DNA of 64,000 nt from a virus, in IMG/VR virus record IMGVR_UViG_3300025113_000003, positions 28,869 to 92,868 of that record; one strand, written 5' to 3'. A program made the translations under genes and the position numbers. Of this stretch, positions 45,277 to 54,433 are shown piece after piece; positions within the stretch are counted from its first letter, which is position 1, and each line of letters starts with the position of its first letter. The notes beneath the pieces are model-generated. The model was not told where the DNA came from, did not search any database, and saw only the letters and a list, made by a program, of their open reading frames with translations.

Positions 45277-46637
45277 GACTTTTCCTTCTTGGCATAGATC
45301 GTCCTGAAGGCGTTAAAGACCTCACCCTCGTCACCAATCTTGATGGTGTGCAGCTTCGAGTTGGTCTTCGAGATGGACTGCATGACGTTCCAGAGCGAGA
45401 CCCCGCTGCTGTAGGTGAAGGTCCCTGCGATTGACATTCCGACCTGCACGTAGACTGCATGCCGTAGCTTGGCAAGTAGGCCCTTCTCTTCAATTTCAGC
45501 GATGACCGCTGGGTTGTCACTCTCCCAGTTATCACCGTCACCAGCATAGGAGAGGTAGATATTTGTCAGCTGGGCGTCGTAGCGGCTCTTGATGATGGCG
45601 TGTGCCAGCGCGAAGGCCGGTGAAACGACGGTGCCACCGCTCTTGCGTGTGGTAAAGAACACCTCCTCTGTCATCTCCTCAGCGTCGTTGGTGTGCGCGA
45701 TGAAGATGAGGTCGGTGGCTGGGTAGATTCGCTTGATGAAGGCGTACTGCAGCGCGAAGAACTTGCGGGCCATCCGCTTCTTGTCCTCGTCCATTGAGCC
45801 GCTGATGTCCATCACCATGATGAAGACCGCGTCAGCCTGCTTGACCATAACGCGTTCCGACTTGTGGAAGCGCAGGTCTACCTTCTCGAAGAAGGGCACG
45901 ATGGTGATGCGAGTAGCCAGCTCCTCGATGCGTGCAGTTAGCTCCTTGATGCGGGTAAAGCGAGCTTCAGCGGTGAGGTACTCGGTGCCAGGCACCCCTT
46001 CCTCCAGCTGACGAAGTTCCTTTTCCAGTTCCTCGAGCTCCTCACGGGCTTCAACAGTCAGCGCACGCCGCCGACCGATGGAGTTGCGGAAGGAGCGGAT
46101 GACGCTGAGCTGCGAGGCGTTGCCCTCCTTCTGGAAGCCAGCTGGCTTCCACACGGCGTCAGGTAGGTCCTTCTCAACGGTCTCCTGCAGGTCAGGTAGC
46201 GCGCAGTCTTCAAAGAAGACATCGAAGAACTCGTTGCGGCTGATGTTGATGATGAAGTCGTCCTCGCCGTCTCCATTTTCGTCGGCATCACCATTGCAGG
46301 CACCGTTCTTATCTTCATCTTGGTGAATTGGGAACTCATCACCGCGTTCCCAGTGGTCATTGCCGACCAACACTATCTCACGTTCACCGCTGTTTGGAGC
46401 ATAGCGGTAGGTAGGTTCGTGCAGCGCGTTCTTGGCGATCTTGACTGGGTTACTGAAGGCCTTGGAGGCAGCCCCGCCACCGGCTGCCTTGACTCCACCG
46501 GCGTCGATGTCCTCCGGCTTGGCGGCGCGGATGCTTTCCTTGACGCGATCGAGAAGCTTGTTGCGGTTGTTCAACGACTTGCCGCGCCCGGTTCGGCGGC
46601 GGTCAATGAAGATGAACGTGGTCGTAGGTAGGGTCAT
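45273..46637 (-). CDS. yeaH: YeaH/YhbH (DUF444) vWA-like protein
   Basis: Start MTLPTTTFIFIDRR..KSLNNR (46637); VMDISGSM, SGGTVVS and DGDNW motifs. Confidence 0.92.
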   Translation of the reverse strand: MTLPTTTFIFIDRRRTGRGKSLNNRNKLLDRVKESIRAAKPEDIDAGGVKAAGGGAASKAFSNPVKIAKNALHEPTYRYAPNSGEREIVLVGNDHWERGDEFPIHQDEDKNGACNGDADENGDGEDDFIINISRNEFFDVFFEDCALPDLQETVEKDLPDAVWKPAGFQKEGNASQLSVIRSFRNSIGRRRALTVEAREELEELEKELRQLEEGVPGTEYLTAEARFTRIKELTARIEELATRITIVPFFEKVDLRFHKSERVMVKQADAVFIMVMDISGSMDEDKKRMARKFFALQYAFIKRIYPATDLIFIAHTNDAEEMTEEVFFTTRKSGGTVVSPAFALAHAIIKSRYDAQLTNIYLSYAGDGDNWESDNPAVIAEIEEKGLLAKLRHAVYVQVGMSIAGTFTYSSGVSLWNVMQSISKTNSKLHTIKIGDEGEVFNAFRTIYAKKEKS

Positions 46638-46927
46638 AGGAAGAACACCATAGTTGCAAGAACAACAAAGGTCCAGACTCCCATTATCGCGTACCCGACC
46701 TTGCGATGCAGGATGCCTCTGTGCCCGCTGGCTCGAACCACCGCGATGACGACCACCACAGAGGTGGTGATCAGCCCTACCGCCATCATAGGAAGGTTCT
46801 TTACAACGAGGCCCAGGTGCAGCGCAAAGACCGAGACGAACATCAGGCCCATGAAGATCAGAAACCGCCATGGGTCCTGCTGTTTGTCATACCAGCTGTT
46901 GAAGCGGTCGATGGCGGTGAACATCAC
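46634..46927 (-). CDS. Three-TM membrane protein inserted in the prkA operon
   Basis: Hydrophobic ORF overlapping both neighbours by 4 nt. Confidence 0.65.
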   Translation of the reverse strand: MMFTAIDRFNSWYDKQQDPWRFLIFMGLMFVSVFALHLGLVVKNLPMMAVGLITTSVVVVIAVVRASGHRGILHRKVGYAIMGVWTFVVLATMVFFL

Positions 46928-48882
46928 GAGCTCTTGCGGTTGTTGGAGAACCAGCTGACCAGGATCTTGACCTGGTTCTCGGTGTAGCCCTTCTCGACCA
47001 TTCGCTCAACGAAGCCACGGTGCTTCTCCTCAGTCTCCTTGTCCTGCTTCGGTCCGAAGGCGATGACCGGCATGATCTGCTCGGTCGCGGAGAACATCCG
47101 CTTCTCGATGACCGTCTTGATCTTCTCGTATTCATCCCAGGCCGGTGATTTGCCCTCGTGCTTTGCCTTGAAGCGCAGCACGTAGTTCACGATCTCGTTC
47201 CGGAAGTCCTTGGCGTTGGTGATGCCTGCCGCCTTCTCGATCTCCTCGAGCTTCTTGTTGAGGTTCTCGCGGTCCATCAGGGTGTGGGTCTCAGGGTCGC
47301 GGCACTGCTCGTCAGCGATCCACGCCTCGGCAAAGAGAACGTAGCGCTCGAACATGTTCTGGCCGAACGAGCGATAGCTCTCGAGGTAGGCCGTGCGCAG
47401 CTCCTTCTCCAGGAACTCGAAGTAGCGCGGCTGCAGGTGCGACTTGATGAAGTCGAGGTACTCGTCGGTGATTTCCTTGACGAGGTTCTCCTTCTTGACG
47501 GACTCCTCGAGGATGTACATCAGGTCGATCGGGTTGGCCTGCTGCTCCTCGGGGCGCAGGTCGTAGGTCGCCGACAAGGTCTTAAAGGCGAAGCGGGTCG
47601 ACATGCCCTTCATGCCCTCGTCGTTGCCGGCGGCGTCGCGGTACTCCTCGTACGGCTTCGCGTTCGGCATCGTGTCCTTGACGTTGTCGCCGTTGTAGAC
47701 GCGCAGCTTGGCGTAGATGGTGCTGTTCTCAGGCTTCTTCAGGCGCGTCAGGATGCTCCATTGAGCGAGCATTCGCAGGGTGCCAGGAGCGCGAGGCGCG
47801 TCGGCGAGCGAGGAGCTGGCCAGCATCTTCTCGTAGATCCTGACCTCCTCCTCGTAGCGCAGGCAGTACGGCACGTCAACGATGTAGACGCGGTCGAGGA
47901 AGGCCTCGTTGGTCTTGTTGTTCCGGAAGTTGAACCACTCAGACTCATTCGAGTGGGCCATGATGACGCCGGTGTAGGGCATCGACGGGATGGCCTCGGT
48001 GCCGTTGTAGTTGTGCTCCTGCGTGGCCATCAGCAGGGGGTTCAGGGTCTTGATGTTGGCCTTGAACATCTCAGCGAAGTCCATCAGGCCCTGGTTGGTG
48101 CGGTTCAGGCCGCCGCTGTACGAGTAGGCGTACGGGTGGTTCTGCGGGAACTTCTCGAGCTTGCGGATGTCGACCTTGCCGATCAGAACCGACACGTCCT
48201 GGTTGTTCTCGTCGCCCGGCTCCACCTTCATGATGCCGATCTGAGCGTCCTTGTTCGGGAAGATCTTCACCACCTTGAACCTGGTGATGTCGCCGCCGAA
48301 CTCCTTCAGCTTCTCCTGCGCCCAGCCGCTCATGACGGTGTTGAGGTAGCGGCGGGGAATGCCGTACTCGGACTTCAGCATCTCACCGTGCTCGTAGTCG
48401 TTGAACAGCCCCAGCGGGCTCTCAAACACCGGCGACAGCTTCTTCTCAAGGTCCTTCTCGGTCTCGTCGTAGAGCACGTAGATGGGCAGCTTCTGCATGA
48501 GCACCTTCAGGCGCTCCGCCAGCGAGCTCTTGCCGCCGCCGACCGGGCCCTTCAGGTAGAGAATCTGCTTGGCCTCCTCGAGGCCCGCTGCGGAGTTACG
48601 GAAGTAGGCGGCGATGCGCTCAATCGCCTCCTCAGCGCCGAAGAAGTCATGAAACGACTCGTAGATACGGATCTTCTTGTTGGAGTGGATGCGCGACAGG
48701 CGCACATCCTCACTGGTGTCGACGACCTTAGGTAGGCCAATGGCGGCCACCATCCGCTCAGCGGCAGAGGCATAGGCCATTGAGTCAACTCGGCAGCGCT
48801 GCAGGTAGTCCTCGAGGGTGAGGAGCTCAGGCTGAGCGAACTTGCTGGCGAAGGTCGAGGTAAGAGAAGACAGCGACGACAT
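46924..48882 (-). CDS. yeaG: PrkA/YeaG AAA+ serine protein kinase-family protein
   Basis: KQILYLKGPVGGGKSS, EPGDENNQD, YSYSGGL, EMFKA, AHSNESEW and EAFLDR motifs. Confidence 0.96.
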   Translation of the reverse strand: MSSLSSLTSTFASKFAQPELLTLEDYLQRCRVDSMAYASAAERMVAAIGLPKVVDTSEDVRLSRIHSNKKIRIYESFHDFFGAEEAIERIAAYFRNSAAGLEEAKQILYLKGPVGGGKSSLAERLKVLMQKLPIYVLYDETEKDLEKKLSPVFESPLGLFNDYEHGEMLKSEYGIPRRYLNTVMSGWAQEKLKEFGGDITRFKVVKIFPNKDAQIGIMKVEPGDENNQDVSVLIGKVDIRKLEKFPQNHPYAYSYSGGLNRTNQGLMDFAEMFKANIKTLNPLLMATQEHNYNGTEAIPSMPYTGVIMAHSNESEWFNFRNNKTNEAFLDRVYIVDVPYCLRYEEEVRIYEKMLASSSLADAPRAPGTLRMLAQWSILTRLKKPENSTIYAKLRVYNGDNVKDTMPNAKPYEEYRDAAGNDEGMKGMSTRFAFKTLSATYDLRPEEQQANPIDLMYILEESVKKENLVKEITDEYLDFIKSHLQPRYFEFLEKELRTAYLESYRSFGQNMFERYVLFAEAWIADEQCRDPETHTLMDRENLNKKLEEIEKAAGITNAKDFRNEIVNYVLRFKAKHEGKSPAWDEYEKIKTVIEKRMFSATEQIMPVIAFGPKQDKETEEKHRGFVERMVEKGYTENQVKILVSWFSNNRKSS

Positions 48883-48973
48883 GGGTGTCCTTCAGTTGAT
48901 GTGTCTGTGGTATTTAGGCGATTCAGAAGTTGATTCTATACCAACAGAGCGTTGTTGCAGATAGGCAAGTAGG

Positions 48974-49366
48974 TTACACCTGCTCACCTTGCGATACATG
49001 GTCGAGGTGCATCATAGGGCCTAGGAGCACCGCACCTGGCTCGACCATCAGGGTGCGGTAGAAGATCGCGTCAGCCTTCACCTTCGCGCCGGCCTTCACC
49101 GCAAGGGTGCCTTCGACGCGCACCTCCTTCGCGGTGACGGTGCCGGTGACAGTGAGGTCGTGGCTGAGGATGACGTCCTGCACATCTACAGTGCCGTTCA
49201 CGTGCAGGACGTTCCGCTTCTTGTTCTCGATGTTCTGAGTAGAGTGAATGCTCTGGCCGCTGAAGTGACCGTCGATTACGACGGTGCCATTGAGGACCAT
49301 GACGCCGGTGATGACGACGTCCTTACCAATGATGGTATCGAAGCCCTTTGGATTGAAGATGCTCAT
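48974..49366 (-). CDS. Bactofilin (polymer-forming cytoskeletal protein)
   Basis: DTIIGKDVVITG..VVIDGHFSG..VTGTV..AGAKVKAD..YRTLMVEPGAVLLG beta-helix pattern. Confidence 0.82.
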   Translation of the reverse strand: MSIFNPKGFDTIIGKDVVITGVMVLNGTVVIDGHFSGQSIHSTQNIENKKRNVLHVNGTVDVQDVILSHDLTVTGTVTAKEVRVEGTLAVKAGAKVKADAIFYRTLMVEPGAVLLGPMMHLDHVSQGEQV

Positions 49367-49626
49367 ACCAGTCCCATGTGAGCGCCGCAGACGACGCAGT
49401 GGCGAAGGTCGTATAGAAAGCCCGCGGTGTCACTGAAGTAGTGGTGCTTGCAGTCTTTACGCAGCTGTGTGATCTCGCTCTCAGCCAATCTAGCTTCTGC
49501 AATCACCACGCCGAGGTCGGCGATGCGGTGACACACCGCAAGCTCGGCAGGTGGCAGGCACTCCACCTTTACGAGCGGGGTCATCTCGTTACCCATGACG
49601 GTGCTTCGGTAGATCTCATTGCTCAT
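49363..49626 (-). CDS. Small Cys/His (zinc-binding?) protein
   Basis: Probable start MSNEIYR; CKH and CVVCG motifs. Confidence 0.5.
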   Translation of the reverse strand: MSNEIYRSTVMGNEMTPLVKVECLPPAELAVCHRIADLGVVIAEARLAESEITQLRKDCKHHYFSDTAGFLYDLRHCVVCGAHMGLV

Positions 49627-49828
49627 GTGGTGGGTCCTCTTCACTTGGTGGCTTCCTTCGCGGAGGCCGTTCTTCATTGATTGGAAACAGGCGTCCAGTG
49701 ACACCAGCCAGCAGAACGCCGAACGTAAATCCGAGCCAGCTGTTTTCGAACTGTGTGGCAAGCCAGATGACTGGTATCACCAACAGGAAGCGCCATGGGC
49801 GAACAATGGGATCACGACGCCGCGGCAT
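49616..49828 (-). CDS. Small membrane protein
   Basis: Two hydrophobic segments. Confidence 0.5.
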   Translation of the reverse strand: MPRRRDPIVRPWRFLLVIPVIWLATQFENSWLGFTFGVLLAGVTGRLFPINEERPPRRKPPSEEDPPHEQ

Positions 49829-50366
49829 TTCGAATCAGGTGCAGGTAGGAGCAGGACGGTACACCAGGGGCAGGTTCAGGTGCACTGAGGTCCGCCACCT
49901 CCCAGCTGTGCGGCGAGCGCAGCACGAACAGCTTCCACGCCGCCAGGTCAATGGCCAGCCGCACGTCGGCACCGCTTTCCTCGTGGACCAACGTGATGTA
50001 CATCTCGTCAACGATGCCAGTAGCAAGGGCCTCCTCGTACACCGAGGCGCCGCCGATCAGCCAGATGTCCCCCTTGTCCCGCTTGGCCAGCTGTCGCACG
50101 TAGTCCAGGCTAGAGATGACGTTGACGTCATTACCGAAGACGCCGAACATCTCTCGAATGTGCTTGCGCGTCAGAACGTAGTTGGTGCGATTGGGCAGTC
50201 CATCGAGGCGGCCAAGCGACTGGAAGGTCTTGAAGCCCATGACGACGGTGTGACCGGTCGTCAGCTCCTTGAAGCGCTTCATGTCAGCGGGAATTCGCCA
50301 GGGCAGGCGGCCGTCTGACCACCCGATGGCGTTGCCCATGTCAAGGGCGACGATCAGCTTGATCAC
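49812..50366 (-). CDS. folA: Dihydrofolate reductase
   Basis: IKLIVA, LPWRIPADMKRFKELT, VVMGFKT, LPNR and IGGASVY motifs; GTG start at 50366. Confidence 0.93.
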   Translation of the reverse strand: MIKLIVALDMGNAIGWSDGRLPWRIPADMKRFKELTTGHTVVMGFKTFQSLGRLDGLPNRTNYVLTRKHIREMFGVFGNDVNVISSLDYVRQLAKRDKGDIWLIGGASVYEEALATGIVDEMYITLVHEESGADVRLAIDLAAWKLFVLRSPHSWEVADLSAPEPAPGVPSCSYLHLIRNAAAS

Positions 50367-50581
50367 TTGAGCTCCCTTCCAAAGTGGGCCTTCCAACGGG
50401 CGCGCATCTCGTCGGTGACGTAGCGGCTCTCCACCCAGGCGTCAAGCGCGCCCAGCAGCTTGTCCTCCTCCCACTGTCGCTCGGCGCACAGTGAGAAGAA
50501 ATTCGGCGGGCGCTGCAGCAGGAGCTCAAAGTCCTGAAGCGCTAGGCGCCGCTCAATGGGATCATCAATACAGGCGGGCAT
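50363..50581 (-). CDS. Hypothetical protein
   Basis: Probable start MPACIDD. Confidence 0.5.
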   Translation of the reverse strand: MPACIDDPIERRLALQDFELLLQRPPNFFSLCAERQWEEDKLLGALDAWVESRYVTDEMRARWKAHFGRELK

Positions 50582-50586
50582 AGTGG

Positions 50587-51156
50587 TTACTTCGTCAGCT
50601 CCGTGCGGTACTGGAAGTGCTTCCCAGCTTGATTGGAGGCACACTTGGCAGCCTGAAAGAACGCCTCGCTGCACTCGAGAATTCCGATGTACGAGTACTT
50701 GGTGTACTCGTCAGGTACCACCGGCTCGCTGTTAAAGCGCTTGTCGTAGGAAGCGATGTAGGCCTCAGCATCGGCTTTCGTCAGGAAGGCGGCGTAGCCA
50801 TCAGGCCGCTGACCCCAGCCACGCTCGTACTCGGTGCCTTCGATGACGTGAACAGCTCGCTGAACAGCAGGCTCAACGTCGCTGGCTTCCAGTTCCTGAA
50901 TTCGTGCCTGCGCCGCTGCCAGCTCAGCCCTTAGAGCAGTCACTTTCGCGGACTCGGCGAGGGTGTCCTCAGGCCAACCCCAGTCCTTCTTGATGCGGTT
51001 GGCTCCAGCGGCGGCCGCTGCTGCCCGCTCGGCGGTGTCGCCCCACGTCAAGACGTGCGTGACGCCGGTGGCGTCGTGACCGAAGATGATGACCTGCTGG
51101 AGGTCGTTCGCTACAGCGAAGCCCTCTGCCTGCTTGATTGGAATACGGTGTGACAA
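50587..51156 (-). CDS. Hypothetical phage protein
   Basis: EYERGWGQRPDG motif; 189 aa. Confidence 0.6.
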   Translation of the reverse strand: MSHRIPIKQAEGFAVANDLQQVIIFGHDATGVTHVLTWGDTAERAAAAAAGANRIKKDWGWPEDTLAESAKVTALRAELAAAQARIQELEASDVEPAVQRAVHVIEGTEYERGWGQRPDGYAAFLTKADAEAYIASYDKRFNSEPVVPDEYTKYSYIGILECSEAFFQAAKCASNQAGKHFQYRTELTK

Positions 51157-51256
51157 GAATTTTCTCCAGAAGAAGGCTCACCCAAGGACGCCGTAGCCGC
51201 CGGTTGGAAAGGGCCAGCCACCTGAATCACGTGACTGAGGCCGATCATCGAACGGC

Positions 51257-51919
51257 TCACGCCCGACGGGGCTCAGGGGCGGTTCCGTCGGGGACGTAGC
51301 CTTCGAGGATGTGCTCGATGAGGGTGAGCTGGTTGGTGAGCTCGAGCTTGATCGCCTCGTAGATCGGTTCCTGGTGCGGGAACCGGCGGCGGGCTTCCTT
51401 GAGCCGGGGGAAGAACTCATCTGTGGTCTCCTTGACGTAGCGCTCCAGGCGGGGGCGCTTGAAGACGCCTACCATCGATGCCACGTTGTTCACTCGATCA
51501 CCGCCCTTGACGACCGACGCGTCCTCATCCTCAAACACGGGGTCAAGCGAGTAGTTCTCCTTCTTGACACCGAGGACCTCCTTGGAGAGAAGGTCCAGCT
51601 TACGCGCGATCTCAGCACCGAACCGGCGCTCGATCTCAAGCAGGGGGACGTTCTTGTCCTCGACGACGTCGTGCAGGAACACCAGCGTGTAGACGACGTG
51701 GGGGTTGCGGATGTGCGCGTGCATCGTCCGCAGGTGGTGAAAGATGCCGAGCTGGTGAATGAACTCGGGGGCACCGCCGTTGCGGGTACCGTCGTGGCGC
51801 TCTCGACCGTACTCCATGGCCTCAAGGACCTTGTAGTACCTGTCGTCGTAGAGGGCCGAACCAAGAAGCCAGTACCTGGCCGCGATGAGAAGCTTGTCGT
51901 AGTTGGTTAGCTTGTCCAT
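51257..51919 (-). CDS. HD-domain (p)ppGpp hydrolase-like (SpoT/Mesh1) protein
   Basis: HDGTRNGG.PEFIH, LHDVVED and VKGGDRVNN motifs. Confidence 0.85.
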   Translation of the reverse strand: MDKLTNYDKLLIAARYWLLGSALYDDRYYKVLEAMEYGRERHDGTRNGGAPEFIHQLGIFHHLRTMHAHIRNPHVVYTLVFLHDVVEDKNVPLLEIERRFGAEIARKLDLLSKEVLGVKKENYSLDPVFEDEDASVVKGGDRVNNVASMVGVFKRPRLERYVKETTDEFFPRLKEARRRFPHQEPIYEAIKLELTNQLTLIEHILEGYVPDGTAPEPRRA

Positions 51920-52186
51920 GGTGCTATTGTATCACACCAGGGACCTGCGTGCACTAAAGAAGTGTAACCTAGCCTTCCTTCTCCAGCAGCGCCAGGAAGA
52001 AGGCACCCACGATCCTCTCGCAGGCGGTAGGGCCTCCTACGGCCATGTAGGAACGGACGATGCCGGCGATGACCTCCTCGATCGCCTCGTCGGTGTCGGC
52101 AGCGCTGAAGGTCTGGCCGGCCACCGTCAGCGGTGACGCCTCGAAGACGGCCCGCAGGCGGTCCCGCAGCTCAGTTGGGTTGGCGA

Positions 52187-52567
52187 TCACTTGATGAGGT
52201 CCACAAGTTCCTCGAAGTAGCTGACTACCTCGTTGAGACCACTGGAATGACCGTAGTCCCACGCAAGCTTGAAGGCAAGCTCGGCCTTCGGGTGTCCAGT
52301 TACACCGTGCTCTTCGAACAGGTCACGCTTGAACTCATCTGTCAGCAGCGCGAAGCGGTTGGCGTAGGTCTGCTTGGCAACATTGAAGGCGAGCTTGTCC
52401 AGCTCGTGCTCGACGGTGTAGCCGATGTAGTTGCCCTTGATGTCCGGCCACTCATGTGCAGCGCACTGCAGGATCACTCGACCCGTCTTGTAGACGTAGA
52501 CGACCGTGAAGTCCTCCTTGCGCGGAAAGGTGATCTCAGGCGTGCTGTAGTACTCGAGGGGTTTCAT
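52187..52567 (-). CDS. Hypothetical phage protein
   Basis: HPKA..AWDYGHSSG motif. Confidence 0.6.
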   Translation of the reverse strand: MKPLEYYSTPEITFPRKEDFTVVYVYKTGRVILQCAAHEWPDIKGNYIGYTVEHELDKLAFNVAKQTYANRFALLTDEFKRDLFEEHGVTGHPKAELAFKLAWDYGHSSGLNEVVSYFEELVDLIK

Positions 52568-52791
52568 CAGCTGAACTCCAGTTCCTGGTCCATGCCCGCG
52601 ATCGCGTCGATCAGGGCGGCGATGGTGCCATAGTCGTCGAACAGCAGGCCGTAGAAGTGCGCGGCGCCGTTGACGACGAGCAGCTCAGCGCGGTCATCAC
52701 CAGCCTTCGCACTGGCGATGATGGCGTCGAAGTCAGCGCGGTGCTGCTCCATCCAAGAGATGGAGCCGACGTGCTCGTGGTGAATCTTCAT
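52567..52791 (-). CDS. Hypothetical early protein
   Basis: Start MKIHHE with GGAG RBS, below a TTGACC-N17-TATAAT promoter. Confidence 0.55.
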   Translation of the reverse strand: MKIHHEHVGSISWMEQHRADFDAIIASAKAGDDRAELLVVNGAAHFYGLLFDDYGTIAALIDAIAGMDQELEFS

Positions 52792-52816
52792 GTGTGCTTC
52801 TCCGTTGCGATGATGC

Positions 52817-52865
52817 ATTATACATCAACCGCAGGTCAAGTGTGTAACAAAAGCAGGCTGTTACA
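52817..52865 (-). promoter_or_regulatory. Sigma70-like promoter with upstream TGTAAC-N11-GTTACA
   Basis: Minus strand reads ...GTTACACACTTGACCTGCGGTTGATGTATAAT. Confidence 0.6.
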
Positions 52866-53058
52866 GGCTCTTGAGGTAGCGCAGGGCCTGACGGGCGTAG
52901 TCCTCGATGCGCTCAGGTTCCTCGGAGTCGAGGGCGGCATCGAGGTCAGCGATCACCTCGTCGCGGCGCTGGGCCTGGCGCTGGGCCTCAATACCGTGCA
53001 CTGGGCACTCAGGGTCCTCAGCGATGAAGGGCCCACCTATCTGAAAGCACTGACACAT
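52861..53058 (-). CDS. Small Cys-containing protein
   Basis: MCQC..DPECPVHG; AGGAG RBS. Confidence 0.55.
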   Translation of the reverse strand: MCQCFQIGGPFIAEDPECPVHGIEAQRQAQRRDEVIADLDAALDSEEPERIEDYARQALRYLKSL

Positions 53059-53084
53059 CTGGGTGACTCCTGGTGACTTGGTAA

Positions 53085-53492
53085 TCAGCCGTCGCGATAC
53101 TGCTCAGGATCCATTGACGCTGGCAGATTGGTTTGGGCATGCCAGGCTGGTTTCGCAGGTGTCGGCTTCTTGACCAGCTTGTAGCCGAGCTCGTCGGCTG
53201 CCTCCTTGAGCAGGCGCAGCTTCATGGCCTCGGTCGTGTCGTTCCGCCGCCAATGACTGGCACCTGGCAGCCAGTGGGCGCGGTAGCCATCCAGCGCGAG
53301 CAGGCGCTGGGTGTCGGCGTGGGCGCACTCGACGACCATGCCGTAGTTCAGGTCGGCGCCGCTGAAATTGCCCCCGTTGTCCGGGTTCATGGCGTAGTTC
53401 ATGCCGGTGGAGATCTTGCGCCCCAGGTTGGGGTCCTTCTCCCACTCAGAGCACTGATCGTTGTAGAGGACGACGACGGTACGGAAGCCCAT
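53085..53492 (-). CDS. Hypothetical protein
   Basis: AAGGAG RBS; strong codon bias. Confidence 0.65.
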   Translation of the reverse strand: MGFRTVVVLYNDQCSEWEKDPNLGRKISTGMNYAMNPDNGGNFSGADLNYGMVVECAHADTQRLLALDGYRAHWLPGASHWRRNDTTEAMKLRLLKEAADELGYKLVKKPTPAKPAWHAQTNLPASMDPEQYRDG

Positions 53493-53503
53493 GTGGGTGC
53501 TCC

Positions 53504-53767
53504 TTAGGCAGCGATTGCGGTTTCGTTGAAGAGCTTTTCGAGTCGCTTCTGGACGCCGGCGGCGGTGACGTTGCGGAGCTCCGACGCGTTGTAGTTGGCG
53601 CGAACGCGCTCGAGAACGGCGTCGATGGCAGAGCGAGTGGGGACGCTGATGGTGAGCTGCTGGACTGCGGTGCGCTGGACGACCTGGGCGTCGTGACCGA
53701 CCAGGCAGATGAAGCCGCGGTCGCGGTCGGCGGGAACGATTCGGACGAAGATTGCGCTGGAGATCAT
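53504..53767 (-). CDS. Hypothetical early protein
   Basis: Behind a GTGTAC..TAAAAT promoter; AAGGA RBS. Confidence 0.6.
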   Translation of the reverse strand: MISSAIFVRIVPADRDRGFICLVGHDAQVVQRTAVQQLTISVPTRSAIDAVLERVRANYNASELRNVTAAGVQKRLEKLFNETAIAA

Positions 53768-53848
53768 TTCGGTCCTTGGCTGTTGATAGGTCTATTTTAC
53801 ATCAACCAGGATTCCTGTACACTGTCTTTGTGTAACAGTGGCGATGTG

Positions 53849-54433
53849 TTACAGGTCCGCTGGAAGCCGATGAAACAGCGCAAACTGCAGGCGGCGGTTG
53901 ATATTCGGGGCAAGCTTCACGAGTAGGTTAGCGGTTAGCCCCACCTGTCGTTCAACGTCATAGCGATCGCGCTGCTGACGCCAGTAGAGGGCTCCAGCCT
54001 GGGTGTAACCAAAGATGACGTCAGACGCTGGGGTATAGAAGCCACGCTCGTCATCAACAACCACTCGGCAACTGGTGACTCCAGTGAAGAGACGCGTAGC
54101 GTAGGCTCCAGCGACGGTGTCAAAGTAGTAGAGGTTGGCACCAGCGGGGCTCTGCCATGCAAGCACGATGCCCATGTTGTTGTCAAAAGCGAGCGACACG
54201 GTTAGCACATCTGGAACTGGGAGACTGAAGGCGACCGCCCCAGCCACTGGAGCCACGGTGATCAGGCCCTCCGAGTAGAGAACTCTCCAGTTCTGATAGT
54301 CACGCCCACGACTTGCGTTACCGATGGCTATCCCGCCAGGAACCGTTTGACGCAGCGGTGCGAATGACTCGTCATACGGTGGGAGAAAAGCCGCTGGATC
54401 TGGTACAGTGGTGAACGTGTTTCCTGGAATCAT
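53849..54433 (-). CDS. Putative tail/virion structural protein
   Basis: GGIAIGNASRG, VSLAFDNNM and LYWRQQRDRY motifs; third gene of a late cluster. Confidence 0.6.
   Translation of the reverse strand: MIPGNTFTTVPDPAAFLPPYDESFAPLRQTVPGGIAIGNASRGRDYQNWRVLYSEGLITVAPVAGAVAFSLPVPDVLTVSLAFDNNMGIVLAWQSPAGANLYYFDTVAGAYATRLFTGVTSCRVVVDDERGFYTPASDVIFGYTQAGALYWRQQRDRYDVERQVGLTANLLVKLAPNINRRLQFALFHRLPADL

Noticed and set aside
45273-46871. Extended N-termini in the ORF track (yeaH from 46871, glf from 18729, desaturase from 42683, DnaJ from 7703, 9242..10024)
   Set aside because: The extensions overlap genuine upstream genes; family homology starts at the downstream start codons used here.
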